A stretch of DNA of 64,000 bases from Candidatus Omnitrophota bacterium (GTDB lineage: Bacteria > Omnitrophota > Gorgyraeia > JABMRG01 > JAFGKX01): assembly GCA_043797125.1 (NCBI GenBank), contig JAZDPX010000045.1, positions 72,338-136,337 of the forward strand, given 5' to 3'. How positions within the stretch are numbered: the stretch's first letter is position 1; every line of letters starts with the position of its first letter. This document shows positions 15,001 to 26,477 of the stretch, one piece after another. The notes beneath the pieces were generated by a model. It did not search any database and was not told the origin of the DNA. It was given only the letters and a program-made list of their open reading frames with translations. The translations under genes were made by a program, and so were the position numbers.

Positions 15001-18000
15001 TGCGTGAGCTATGGGCCCCCCGCGATAAAGCCTGAAACTATTTTTTACTACGATAATATCGATTTTTTTACCGACCCGGATTAGTTCTTCGCGGGCCTGA
15101 TCTTCTTTCAGCCCCAGTTTATCTGCCATGGTTTTTACATCAAAACCTTCGAGTTCGGCAGTGCGGTGAATTTTCCCCCGCACGCGCCCAAGTCTTTCTT
15201 GCATGTGGTTTTCCCACCAATCATATATATTAATTCTATACATTCTGTTTTCATCTATTATCTTCTTAAGCTCTTCGTTGCTCACTTCGTGTACGAGCTC
15301 TTTATCCGCCATGTCGGGAGATTCTTCCCGGCCGAGGCGCAATGCCGCCCAAAGCATGCGAATCCTCCTCCAAAGCCTAAGCCATGCTCCGCCAATCTGT
15401 GTCATCAGCGTGCCTGCTATGGCAATGCCGCTTGCGTTTGGCTTATTCGCGCTTATCTCCTTTGCAACTTCGCTCTTTTTTGGCTCTCCGGTTTTTTCTA
15501 CAATGCCTGTTTCTTCAAGAAATTCCGCGCCTGCGGGCGGCCACTGAGCGTTGTAGATTCCGTTGCCGTGCGTGCCTGTGCCGATTTTACCGACTATGTC
15601 AGTGCCGTATTCTTTCAAGTAGGGGACAGAATTACCTGTGCAGTATTGCAAATAGGTTCCAACTTCTATTTCCTCTTCTGTAAGCCTGGCTGTATCATAT
15701 CCATGCCTTTTAACTTCTTTTATAAAATTATCCCTGTCTTCGAGAAGGAGCGCACCATGCGCTATAAGAGCGTCTTTTGGGCTTAAGAATGTGCCTAGCG
15801 GGAAGTTATCCCCTGCCTCATTGTTATAGGTTGTTCCGCCCCTTACAAAACCTTTGTAATTTTGCGGCAGGAATCCCTTTTTCCTTAACCGCTCTTCAGA
15901 TTCTCCAAACCTATCCAAGCCAAGCGGGAGGGCAATATGGAAAACAGTTTCTTCGCCTGCGATACAATCTTGGGCAAACGCAATGTAGCCTTCGGCGAAT
16001 GCCGCGCTTATAAAATAACTTAAATCAATATCTATCCCGTTTTCTGCCATTTGCTTATGCGCCTCAAGCAGCGGATAAACGACTTCGGGCATGCAAAGAT
16101 ACAAAAGGATCTTTTGCGGCGCTCGGTTATATTTTGCTTCGATGTCCTGTCTTATCTTTTTAACTTTATCCGTGCCGATTAAATCAATGCTCTTATTAAC
16201 AACAGCCATAACTCCAGGGCTATTTACCCCCGGCTCGAATTGCATATAAGGCAGGGCTTTTTTAAAATCATCTTTGAATACCCCTAATGCTTTGTTTTTG
16301 ATTTCGTCAGGAGCGGGGTTTTCGTCGGAGGCAAGGATTAAAAGGCTATCTGCTACAGAATAATAAAAGTGGTTTTTAACATCATTGCTTTTTAGAATAT
16401 CTATTAGCGTGCCCAAAACGCTGATTTTGCCTTGTTCTGCAGCATAACGCAAGCCATAAGAGGCAACTGTAGCGCCCATAGAAACTAATTTACGCAGTGT
16501 TTTATAAATATTTGGGTTATCAATATCTATAAGAACTCTGAGGGCAGCAAAATCAAAGTCCTGATTTTTGCCTTCTGCGGTGGGATTTATCAATACATCT
16601 GTATCCATATATTTTAAAAGCTGCCGCATTTTTGCATCGTCTTTAAGGTCCGCGCTTGCTGCCCTTATTGTGGCCCAGGCATTGCCTTTCAGGATTAAAT
16701 TAATAAGCTCCCCCCGAGCAGCAACATTGCCTGCGTTAACCATAGTCGCTAAGGCGTTTGCAGAAGGGCTGTCTGTAAAAAGATGTTCTAAGGCAATATT
16801 TTCTGCAAACTTATCCGGGTTAATCTCTTTTAAAGCCTGTTTAGCGGTCTTCCTGGCTCTGCCATAGGTTGCATTTTCTAAAACAGATACAGCCTCTGCC
16901 TCCCCTAAGTTGCCTAACTTAACAAGGCAGGAAAAAGCTGTGGGGTTATCAAAGCCTGTTAGTTTATCAATCCAATAAATGGCATCTAACTTATTGGGTG
17001 TGTATTTAAGAAGTGGTGCGGCGTCAATCTGTTTTAATTTTTCTTCGATATACCCAGAACCGCCTCTGGCCATATCAATTAAGCTCCCCATGATGCCCAA
17101 GCTAATCATTGGCTCGGTATCTGCTCTCTCATAGTATAAATTAATAAGGTCATCCGCTGCTTGTGCGTCTTCGGCAGCGCGTTTGAGCAAATCAGTTATG
17201 TCTTTGTCCAGCATCGGCACATTGCTAATAGAAACAGGGGCTGTTTTACTCAACGAGGCTTGCGGCTTTTTATTAAAATATTGGTCTATTCTCTTTAGCG
17301 TTTCGTCGGGATTGCGTACTAGATATGTGAGGGCAGCGAATATCCCTGCGCCTATTATAAATATCTTTACAAATGGATTCTTCAACATGCTTTCTGCCAT
17401 ATCCGCTTCGCATATTGTCGCAGGAAGAGGCTCGCGTAATGCCTTGGCTGCTCTGTTAAGTTTGCGCTGCAGCCCTTTGCTATGAGAAATAATTTTATGG
17501 TCTGCGTAGGGGTCAAGAATATGCTTTGCTTCTTCCAGAAGCAGAAGCGCTATATCTTCGTCTGTGATTTTTTCGCTTGCGAAGAGCTTCTCCCCAAGCC
17601 ATATGGCTGTGTCACCTTTTTTAGAGACTCCGCGCCTTGTGTGCGCGTATGGGCCTTCGTGGTGGAGGGTCAGGCGGTTCTTTACTATAATGACGTTTAT
17701 TGGTTGTGCAATTTGAATTAGTCTTTGGCGGATTTGGTCTTGGGTAAGGTTTAGTTTTTTGGCAAGTTTTTTTACGTTTAGGGCATCGCTATTAGCAACA
17801 GCTTCGAGCGCTTCAGGTGAGCGTATACGTACAAGCGCCCTATGAACAGCTTTCTTCTGTTTCTCATCTGCTTCGTGCGAAATCTCTTTCTTCACCATGT
17901 CCGGGGACTGCCCGGGTTTCTTGCCCGTCTTCAAAACATCCTTTATCACCTTTACGGGACTACGCAGAAAATACTTTAAGCTAATACCTGCGGGCAGAGA

Positions 18001-21000
18001 TTTCATAAATGCGTCTGCGTTTTTGTAGGGCCTGTTTTCAGGCGCCATTTTGCTGAATATTACATCTAAAATTTCCCTGGCGCTCATGCCGTTGGTAAGA
18101 TAGCCTGTTTTCTTAAAAAACATCGCGGGTAGCATATGTTCATTGCCTTTTGTTTTTATCCCCAAGTCTGTCGCTATAAGGCCGTATAGAAGATCCTTAT
18201 AGGTTTTTTTATCTATTTTGCATTCTTCAACAGCGCCGACATCGATTAGATAGACCTTTATCTTCCCATCTTTTCTTACTATTCTGAAATTCCCGCCGTG
18301 CGGGTCAGCAAGATAAAGGCCTTTGCCAAACAACTGAACCATTAAAAAGTCAAATATTGTCTTTTTTAACTTTATAAGCTCTGCCTCTGTAAAACCCGCT
18401 TTGGCCTTAAGTTCTTCTTTGTTGTCTAAATCGCTGCCTGCAATTTTTTCCGCGTAAAGCACCGTCTCGGTGGAGTCTTCTCTTATTTTTGGGACTAAAA
18501 ATTCTATTTTTTCGCCCGAAGAAAACTTGTAGCCATTCTCTTTGTTTATTTCTGCAAGCTGCTTTTCCAGCTTCTTTGTGTTTTCTATTTCTCTCTTAAA
18601 GTCCGCGTCCCTTCCCAGGCCTTCCGATGCCCTGCTTTCAAACCCGTGCGGGATTTTTAACCCTTTCTTTCTTAATGAAGTGCATACGCGCCTGAAGAAG
18701 GCTGTCTCCTCATCTAAATAGTGCTGGACATCCGGCCTCTTAATTTTCAGGGCAAGCTCTTCATTGTTATAATCTTCGGCCTCAAAGACAATTTTTATCT
18801 TTGCCGAGCCCAGCGGTTTTCCTATTCTTTTTATCTTGCCCTGCTGGTTTGTGTTTTTAAGTGTTTCAAACGCCACTTTTTTGGTTAATGGGTTTGCTTT
18901 TGAAGACAGTGCGGCAAAGGCGTTTCTTAAAGCCTGCGGAATCCTCACATCCTCCGAAAAAACGAGAATCTGCGCAACCTGTATGCCTATAACATCCAGC
19001 GATTCCATAACCTTCGGAATGATTTCATAATACGCATGGCTGGTTTGGCCTTCCTGTTTTAATAAAAAGGCAAAGTTTACAAACAGGGCCTTGACAACCT
19101 TAAGCCTTTTTGCGCCATCAGCTTCTTGCATAATGGTTAAAAATATCTTTTTTAAATCCCCCTGCTTTATGTCCTTGCCCAGTTCTGTCTTTTTTATAAT
19201 AAAATTGTATACTGTATCGATAAGTTTCATAAAAATCTTCTCATTTTTTAATATACCGTCTTTGCCTAAAAACATCTCCCCGATGAGAAGCTCTCTTGTG
19301 CCTTCTCCGGCATGCGGATAGGCCGCGCTTGGTGATATGGAATAAATATCTTTTAAGGGCTCAAAGGACACACCCAGAAGTTCCTCGTATTCCCGCATGA
19401 ATAGTGGCATTTGGCTTATCCCCGCTATCCACAGAACAAAATCCTTCTTTTCCTCGCACGACATCCGCTCAAATAAAACCTTGAATTTCTCCTCATAGTA
19501 AACATTCTTAATCTTGTCTTCGTCATCCAAAATACCCTTTTTCTCCGCATAGAATAGGCCTGATATCTGTTCATATTCCTGGAACGTCTCGACCTTTTCT
19601 AAAACGCTTTTTAAAATGTCATCGCGCGAGTAGCTCTGGTCGGGGAAATACTTTTTGATTAACTCTATCTCATCATTTATATGCATATCGGGCTTAAGGG
19701 CCTTTTCCAGTTCCAGCGCCTTCAGGGAATACTTGTCTCTAAAATAGGCATTATAGAATTCCCCTAGCAGATTTTGCAGATGTATAACTTTTTCTGTTTC
19801 GCTAATGCCTATATCGCTTAGTACGTTTTCTGCTATCATCTCAAGGTATTTGTCTCTTAGTGGCTGCGAGCGCGGCAGCAGGCTAAGAATATAATTTATC
19901 TTGCCCTCAACGGCTATCTCTGCTTCTATTTTAGCTTCTATATTTTGCTCAAGAGCCGTTGCTATGGCTGCGTCCGGTTGGGCAAGCTTTTGCTGGTGGT
20001 TAAAATCAAAATAAAATATCCCGATTTTCGAAACACCAGCGTGTTTTCTTTTCCTTGCAATATATGACAGAATGGCCTTTCTTAAAAAAATCAGTTCCGC
20101 GTTAGTATAAATTACTCCTATTATCTCCTCCAAATAGTAATTTTTAATAAGCGGAACAAATGCTGCTATTTTGCCGGCTTCTAACGCCTCTTGGGCGCCT
20201 TCGGTGTCTAAGCCTTTTTTATCCATGATTTTTTTAATTTTCTTTACATATCTGCTTTTTAAAAAGTTGTGTTCAAAAAGCCATAATTCAGCCGGGGATA
20301 TTGACAAGTTAAACAGGTTCGCTAAAATAGAAACGTACCCACTGGTTTTCTCGTAAACATATTTGGTTTTCCTAACAACGTAGTCAAGAAAAGCGTGCCT
20401 TTTTTTCCCTCGCAGCTCTTTTAGATAGGTTTTAATCGTTTCTTTTAGCGCTAAATGAACATACGCGCCCACACCTATACCGCCTTCTTTATCTCCCTTT
20501 GCCTTTCTCTGCAGATAAAGAAAAAGGCTCGCGTTTGTTGTAGCAAGTTTATCATCCGAAACCATATGCGGTAATACTTGTTCGAGCTTTTTCATAAATT
20601 CTTTGTCTTCTTTTGCGATTTCATTGAACGATTGCAGATCATACGGATTAAGCTGCTGGTGGTTCTTTTTAATCTCTCTTGCCAATAATGAAAAAAGGAC
20701 AAAATTTCTAAAATAACTTGGGGGAAGTTGCTTGAGCGTAATTTTAATAAGGCCTTCAAAACTTATGCTTGAGTTTAGAATAAAGCCGAATAACCCTTCG
20801 AAGAAATCCTGCCTGCTTCCTGCAAAATCTGTTCTGTCCCCGTAAAAGGGGAGGTTGAACATCTTTTGAAAAAACGGTTCATATTGCATGGAAAATGCTG
20901 TGTTTGGGTTTGCTTTCTTTTCCGTCATGCTAATATTGGACTCCAAACGATCCCTGCCTGCTTTTGAAAGAGGGTTTTTTCTCTTGAATTGTTTTTGCCC

Positions 21001-24000
21001 TAAGTCCAGTTTGTAGCATAGCTCATCCAGCTTTTCCTTTGTTGCTGGGGTGCCTATGGTCTCAAAAAACACCCTTATGCATAAAGGCAGGATAACTTCT
21101 GACGGCTCTGTTACATTTTGCATGCCATCAACTAAGAATGATGTTTCAAATATATCTCTGCCGGAAAAGGCCCGTAAATCAACTTTCTTTTTAGGCGTTA
21201 AGTTATATTTCTCTTTATATAGTTTTGCTAAGTATGCGCTATTTAAAAATTCAACTAATACCCTTCTGTCCTTTATGCCCCTTGCCTTGTATGCATCAAA
21301 AAGGTCTTTTGTTAAGAGTCCGCCGCTGTTAAAAAAACGTATCATAATCTTTGTTTGCTGGCCTAGAGTGTTTGGGTTTACCTCTATGCCAGCTTGTTTA
21401 AAAATTTCTATTAGCTGTTTATCAAATGCTTCGGGCGTGGGAACGCAGCTTTTAAGTTCGTATAACAGCCTTTCTGATAGCGCCATGGGGGTTGTTGCGT
21501 GTTTATTGGATGAATAATAATACTGCAAAAGCTGCTCTAGTGTGTTTATGCGTTCTTCTTTGGCTTTTGGCTCTTTCCAAAAATCAAACATCATAATAAT
21601 GGTTTCGTCCAAGTTCCATGGGAGGGTGGCGCTCAAAAACAGATCCAATAACTGCGTTTTGCCTGTTTTTAATTCCTCCAAAGCATCTGTTGCTATTGTT
21701 TCATAAATCATTTTTTTATCAGCTTTATCTGTTATGCGCTCCAGCATCTTTGCAAAAAAGGTCTCCATGGATTTTTTGTCGAGGCTTTCCTCGCGATAGT
21801 GTTTGTATAAAAATTCAAAAACCGTTTTGCGCACGGCCGTTCTGGAATAAACCAAAAACGGATATTTCATAAGAAAATCAGCTTTTGCTTTATTGTCTAA
21901 TCCTGTATCTTCTAAAAGCCTGTTCGTTAATAAAGAAAGATCGTTGAAGCCGACTAAAAGCCCCTCTTGCCTGCTCGCGGTTGTCATAATGTCTTCCCAG
22001 TCTTGCCATGAAAGCTTATCGCTTATAGCAAAGGCCCCTTCCCAAATAAATTCTATATAAGTAAGCAGGGACTCCCCGACAAAAGAAAACGTAATGGTAT
22101 CCTGGGGCATTAGAAAGTTCTGCGCTGTTTGCAGATATGCGATTATGTCGTTTTTGTTGTTCAGCTTTCCTTTTAATGTATTTTTAAGCCGATTTTCCAA
22201 TATTTCCCGGAAGATACGCCTACTATCATCATGCCTTGAAGAGTGCTGAGAAGGCTTCGTTTCTATTTGGGGCCATGAATCTTTAAGAAGCTTAAATTTT
22301 ACCATTTCCGCCATTGTCGTGCCAAGGCTTTGTTTTATTGTCGCGAAGAAATTTTTATAATCCTGCCTTAATTGCGCATATTTTTGCTGCGTAAGTATTG
22401 TGTCGTAAACTCCATATGCCTCGGGCCTCATGCGTTTAAATGTGAAAACTTTGTACGGCGTAGGAGGGGTTATGTCCTCAAGAAGAAGCTTGGTTATATC
22501 CTGGTAATCATCGTTGTTGCCGCATATTAACGCGAAAATCAAAGCCGGCAGATAATGCTTCTCATTATCTTTTGTGGTTATGTCGTTCGGGACTGCTTTT
22601 AACGCGCTATCAAGGCCCTCAACTAATATTTCAAAAATATGCTCTGGAAAAGACGCGGCTTTCTCCAATAGTTGTGTCAGCTCATTTATGTTTTTTACCG
22701 AGTAAGAGCTCTCTATTGTTTCCAGCAGCAGCGTTTTATTGGATAGCTGCCCTAGGGCCTTTTGTGAAAATAGATGTTTTGTCTTTGTGTTTATCCAGTT
22801 ACTGCTGTCTAAAATTTCTTTTATCAACTTAATCCTTTTCTCATCCGGAAGGTGCACGTCAATTAAATCAACCGCTGTTCTAAGAAGATCCGGGAGTTTA
22901 TCCAGCTTGCTTAATATATCAAAGGTCTTGGCAGCTTCTAAGACATTGTAGCTTGCTGAGTTCATTAGCGTCAAAGCCCAGACATCTGCGTCTATTTCCT
23001 GCGCAAATTTTTCTTTAAGGGTGGTCCCCTTTCCTTGGACCATGTGCCGTATCTCGTGCGCCAGAATAAAGGCTATTACGTCTTTGGTTAAGCATTCGTT
23101 TTTCTGGAAATGCTTTAAAAGCCCCAGGGAAATGCATACAATTTTATGGTTGGTGATAGTAAATGCCGTTACCTCATCTGTTTCTAACAGATATAGCGCT
23201 GCGTCGGCCCATTCTTTTCCTGTTAAATGGGCGCAGAGCTTCTGAAATATCTCGTTGATTTCTTGATAAAGGCCGGAAAACGGCGAGGCTTCGCCATCTT
23301 CTATAAGACAGTGCATTCTCTTCAAAATATCTATTGTGGACCTTTTTCCATTTGCATCGGTGGCAGCAGTTAATCCTGCTATATCTACATCTTCAGGCAA
23401 GTCTGGTGAGCGTATTCGCGTAGGCGCCTTAGGAGCATCTCTTGGGCCTTTTTCTTCTTTGGTAATTGTGTATGTTTCTCTTTTGTCCAGCACGCTCTTA
23501 AGCTCTTCGTTGCGCTCCTGGTGCGGGATCTGTTTCTTGGCCATATCCGGGGATTGCTCTGGGTTACCAGTTTGCAGCGTTGTAGCGCGGGCAGGCTGCC
23601 CAACAACTATTTCTAATTTGTAGTCCTTAAGATCCAGTGGCACTAACAGCGCCTCGCCCAACGCAGGCACAGGGAAGTTTTTCTCTTCTGTTTCTGTTGG
23701 AGGAAGCCACATAAGGTCAAACTGGCCCCTAATTTCAACATTTGCGTTTATTCCTGCGGCCTTAAAGCGCCTAACCATGTATCTATATTGCTTTTTGACT
23801 GCTTCATCTACATGTGCCCTAAATTCCTCTCGCGACTCTTCTGGAATATTAAACATTTCGTACAGCGGGTTATATACGTCCTTCCACCCAAGCACCGCGG
23901 CTCTTTCCTCGCGGCCCGTATAATTAGAAAACTCTGCCGAGCTGCCTATACGCGCAAACGTGCCTTCCATGCCGCTTGCTGCGTCTGTGTCATAAACAAG

Positions 24001-25506
24001 CTCGCATTGTTCGGATGATAAATTGCCTTTAAACATATGCCGAGTTTCATATGCCATGTTGTTATATTTAATAACCGGCATAACAGATTCCATGACCCCT
24101 GAGTCTAACCCCGGCGTTGCAATATCTCTTATTGTAGATATAATATCAACTGCGTAGGCAATATTTGTGTCTATAAGAATCTTTGCTATGTGCTGGTTGT
24201 TGTTCTCTATAATGCTGACTCCTCCGGCGCCTGCTAATTTGCGTTTGCACTCTTCTATAACCGAGGTTTCTGTTGTTATAACTATTCTGCCGGATTGCTC
24301 CTTATCTAAAAAGAAGATCCCGTGGCCCCTCGCCCTACGATTCGGTTTGTACACCAAGGGCAATGCAATATCGCCCCAAAGCGCCCTCTTTATTGTGTCT
24401 TTAAAGTCTTTGATGTCTGCCGGGTTTACAAAAAGTGCATTTTGCCCGTCGTCGTCTCCAAACGTGACAAAAAATTCCGGCTGCTGAATTGGGCCGCTTC
24501 TAAAAAAGTTTCTCTGCTGGTATTTATGATTAAATCTATTTCGCATTTGTAGAAACGTAAGCCGCATAGCTGGCGGCAGGTTTGGGAAGGGGTTTGAGAT
24601 CTTCTCTGTCTGCGGAATCTGTTTCTTGGGCGTTTTTAGCACAATCTTGTTTAAAGGGATGCTCGGCTCGTATGCTGTTTTGCCTGTCGTTTCCCCGCTT
24701 ATGGCTTCTGCGCTCTCGCCCCGGCCTTTTTCTGTTTTTGCGTTAATCGCTTCTTCAAAAAGGTCTTGCACGTTTTCATTTTCGCACGCAAGCGGCGCAG
24801 CAAGGCTGCTTTGCATCGCCGTCATAATATCCCCATAGCCCGGCAATGCGCCTTGCATTCTTTGCTCATAAAGCCTCTCGCAGTCGCCATCTCCGAGATT
24901 TGGGCATATTACGATATAGGAGATGTCTTTTTGCTTTAAGATATTTGTTATCGCGCGGGTATGGAAGCCGCCTGTTACCAACACGCTTTTTACGCTACCG
25001 GTTCTATCCATCGCTCGCAATGTGTTTTCAATTAACGCAACGTCTCTTTTTGTGGCTAATTCGTAATATTCTTTTGCGTTGTTTATCGCTTCCTGGTTTA
25101 TCTGCGTTGTTAAAATATAAGGATTTATGGACAGGCCGCATTCCGGCATGTGTTTGCTTAAAAATGTTTTTATGTTAGCTATGTTTGTGTGTTCTGTGTC
25201 ATTATTAATGGAGGCGAGGCGCTCGTTGGTGAGTTTAAGCGAAAATAAATCGTTAAGCAGATTTATTGCTTTTGAGAATTTAACAAGCTCGCGCTGGGTG
25301 TTGTTTTGAGAAATGGCGGTAAGCATTTTCTCTTGCGCTGCTTCGATTTCTTCGAAAAGCGCAAGGTGGTCGATGCGCTTGGAGAGCGCAAGGTAGTCGA
25401 TGTAGGCGAATAAATCATTGTGGGCTGTGGGCTGTGGGCTGTGGGCTTGTTGGCTGGTGACTTTGTGACCTGGTGACCTGGTGACTCCGCCAGTCCTGCT
25501 AGATAA
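1..25506 (-). CDS. Giant multidomain protein, main frame (more than 8,400 codons, 3' end beyond window); continues the 25263-26477 ORF after a frameshift
   Basis: The ORF track lists no long minus-strand ORF here, consistent with a stop-free frame leaving the window. Antisense shadow ORFs from 200 to 25127 recur in one register. Manual translation at many points is open and protein-like (e.g. NDLFAYIDYLALSKRIDHLALFEEIE, VLVTGGFHTRAITNILKAKDISYIVICP). The nearest upstream stop in this frame is TAG at 25507-25509. Confidence 0.9.
1650..2300 (-). repeat. Giant-protein spacer module B, copy 4 (zincin-like, intact HELCH)
   Basis: DLFGFALNDERNLIVLHEKLVGNPVALFHELCHY...PHHLLRILQRQIF; HELCH at 1942-1956; boundaries approximate. 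Confidence 0.7.
2680..3000 (-). other. RelE/ParE-like domain within the giant protein
   Basis: YKLVIDDEAATQYKSL...FKALKKI...RAIRLTGDLRILFAP...MLIFGIKTHKE fits the RelE/ParE pattern; by eye only. Confidence 0.5.
3180..3700 (-). repeat. Giant-protein spacer module B, copy 3
   Basis: DYFGHAEPKDKLLVLHENLLEYPLALLHEIKEYVCK...KTHYFLLSIQ; HEIKE at 3418-3432. Confidence 0.7.
5900..7080 (-). repeat. TPR-like helical repeats in the giant protein
   Basis: Recurring LAIAQAKAGLKEEAKKTF / LAITQAQVGLKEEAKKTI / LAAAQIETGLFDDA units. Confidence 0.75.
7150..8250 (-). repeat. Giant-protein spacer module B, copies 1 and 2 (tandem)
   Basis: DAFGTALPEQNTILLYKNLLNNPNALLHEIEEYVCK...KTHYYLRALAK (HEIEE 8011-8025) and TSFASPEHRLIALYEDFADEPIAAWHELMKY...DYLLKALQREIF (HELMK 7381-7395). 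Confidence 0.7.
8430..8990 (-). other. GNAT acetyltransferase-like domain within the giant protein
   Basis: VKPLSPEDLLEISYIESKAF...GYFKDGKLLGYVIAH...ICISDFAVLHKKGKAAGALMKEL-like pattern (IVCISDFAVL at 8701-8730). Confidence 0.6.
14800..15330 (-). repeat. Giant-protein spacer module A, copy 2
   Basis: SPDMADKELVHE...GPIAHARRGVSRKDDRAIWIGQNLL...DIARLLLEEAKHILAP; 18-bp DNA identity 14881-14898 = 17518-17535. Confidence 0.85.
17430..17910 (-). repeat. Giant-protein spacer module A, copy 1
   Basis: SPDMVKKEISHE...GPYAHTRRGVSKKGDTAIWLGEKLF...DIALLLLEEAKHILDP. Confidence 0.85.
18200..19020 (-). other. AarF/UbiB (ABC1) atypical kinase domain within the giant protein
   Basis: IQVAQIL...PLGSAKIKIVFEA...LALKIKRP...DFKRE...YLADPHGGNF...LIDVGAV matches the ABC1 motifs PLASASIAQV, VAVKVQRP, HADPHPGN and DFG. 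Confidence 0.85.
22810..23280 (-). other. Peptidase M48-like zinc metalloprotease domain within the giant protein
   Basis: EVTAFT...VCISLGLL...IAFILAHEIRH (23044-23058)...QEIDAD...HLPDEKRI. Confidence 0.85.
23640..24500 (-). other. ATP-grasp-like domain within the giant protein
   Basis: PLVYKPNRRARGHGIFFL (24307-24360)...YETRH...FARIGSSAEFSN...GQFDLMW. Confidence 0.5.
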
Positions 25507-26477
25507 CTATAAAATTCCTCGTCCGTTATTTTGCCCAGCTTAAATTCCAAGCTTTTCGAGAGAAGCTCCTGTAATTTATCTTTCTCGAGGGTTTCTGAAA
25601 GTTCCTTTATCAACGCCTCCCTTTGTTCCTGGGCTTTGTTAAAATCTATTGCCTTCTCTTTTTCGACAAGCGCGATGAATGCCTGCAAATTTTTATATTT
25701 TGTTAAATCTGTTTTTGCTTTGTTGGAATATTTTTCTAATTGCTGGGCGTATTCTGAAAGCGTGATCGTTTTGTTGCTGTAATCATCGTTTGCCCTGTCA
25801 AGCGCAAGCATATCCTTTGCGTACGCTTCGGCTTTTAGCCTGTTTAAATCCGACCTTAAAAGCGCCGCGAAAGAAATTACATCCTGCTTGTTTAGCTGGT
25901 ATTTTTTATTACAATCAAGATGTTCAAGGTATAAGCCTCTATCCTCAACGCCTGTAGGCACTAAATATTTATCCCTGTTGGTTATCTTGTAAAATTCCGC
26001 CCCTGTAAAAAGCGCTGTTTTTACAAATGCTTGCGCAACCTGCTTTTTTCTTTCTGTATCCGGGAATTTATCGTAAAAGGATGTATCAAGCTCTCCGGAG
26101 GCGCCTTCAAGGCATAAAAGATGAAGGTTGTGCTTTTGCGCCAGGTTATCTATTATGCCTGCTATGTTAAATTGGGCGCAAGCATCCGCATGGCGGTCCT
26201 GGATGTGGACAATTAACTTTTGCTGGCTGCCTTTATATGTTTCTAAGACTCTGCCGTGTTTTTGGGATACTGACAAATCCAGCGGCGTAAGCGCAAGGCC
26301 GGTTTCTGCTTCTTTTGTTTCTTCATTAACATATCTTTGCGCGTGGGAGGTTTTCTTAAACAGGGTCTGGCCGTCAAAGCCGTAAGCAGGCGTGTTTGTT
26401 GTGAGAAAACATATTATTAGTATTATTGAGATAATCCTAATAATAAATTTCTTATGAGGCTTATGTACGTCTATCAT
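25263..26477 (-). CDS. N-terminal part of the giant protein (signal/TM segment plus conserved N-terminal domain); goes out of frame at the repeat tract near 25419-25487
   Basis: Hydrophobic N-terminus IIRIISIILIICFLTTNTPAYG, then IVHIQDRHAD...QFNIA...LLCLEGASG...FTGAEF...GVEDRGLY, as recalled from Omnitrophota giant-protein N-termini. Sequence becomes low-complexity after YLAGLAE. Confidence 0.85.
   Translation of the reverse strand: MIDVHKPHKKFIIRIISIILIICFLTTNTPAYGFDGQTLFKKTSHAQRYVNEETKEAETGLALTPLDLSVSQKHGRVLETYKGSQQKLIVHIQDRHADACAQFNIAGIIDNLAQKHNLHLLCLEGASGELDTSFYDKFPDTERKKQVAQAFVKTALFTGAEFYKITNRDKYLVPTGVEDRGLYLEHLDCNKKYQLNKQDVISFAALLRSDLNRLKAEAYAKDMLALDRANDDYSNKTITLSEYAQQLEKYSNKAKTDLTKYKNLQAFIALVEKEKAIDFNKAQEQREALIKELSETLEKDKLQELLSKSLEFKLGKITDEEFYSYLAGLAESPGHQVTKSPANKPTAHSPQPTMIYSPTSTTLRSPSASTTLRFSKKSKQRKRKCLPPFLKTTPSASLLNSQKQ
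25419..25487 (-). repeat. Intragenic tandem repeats: (GTCACCAG)-like 8-mer x4 followed by (GCCCACA) x4
   Basis: Minus strand reads gtcaccag gtcaccag gtcacaaa gtcaccag ccaacaa gcccaca gcccaca gcccaca gcccaca atg. Confidence 0.95.

Noticed and set aside
200-25309. Dozens of plus-strand ORFs over the left 25 kb
   Set aside because: Antisense shadows of the giant minus-strand frame: Ser/Phe/Leu-rich, mostly in one register, no recognisable motifs.
25400-25510. Programmed -1 ribosomal frameshift as the explanation for the giant-gene break
   Set aside because: No X-XXY-YYZ slippery heptamer seen at the junction; repeat-number change or assembly error is simpler.
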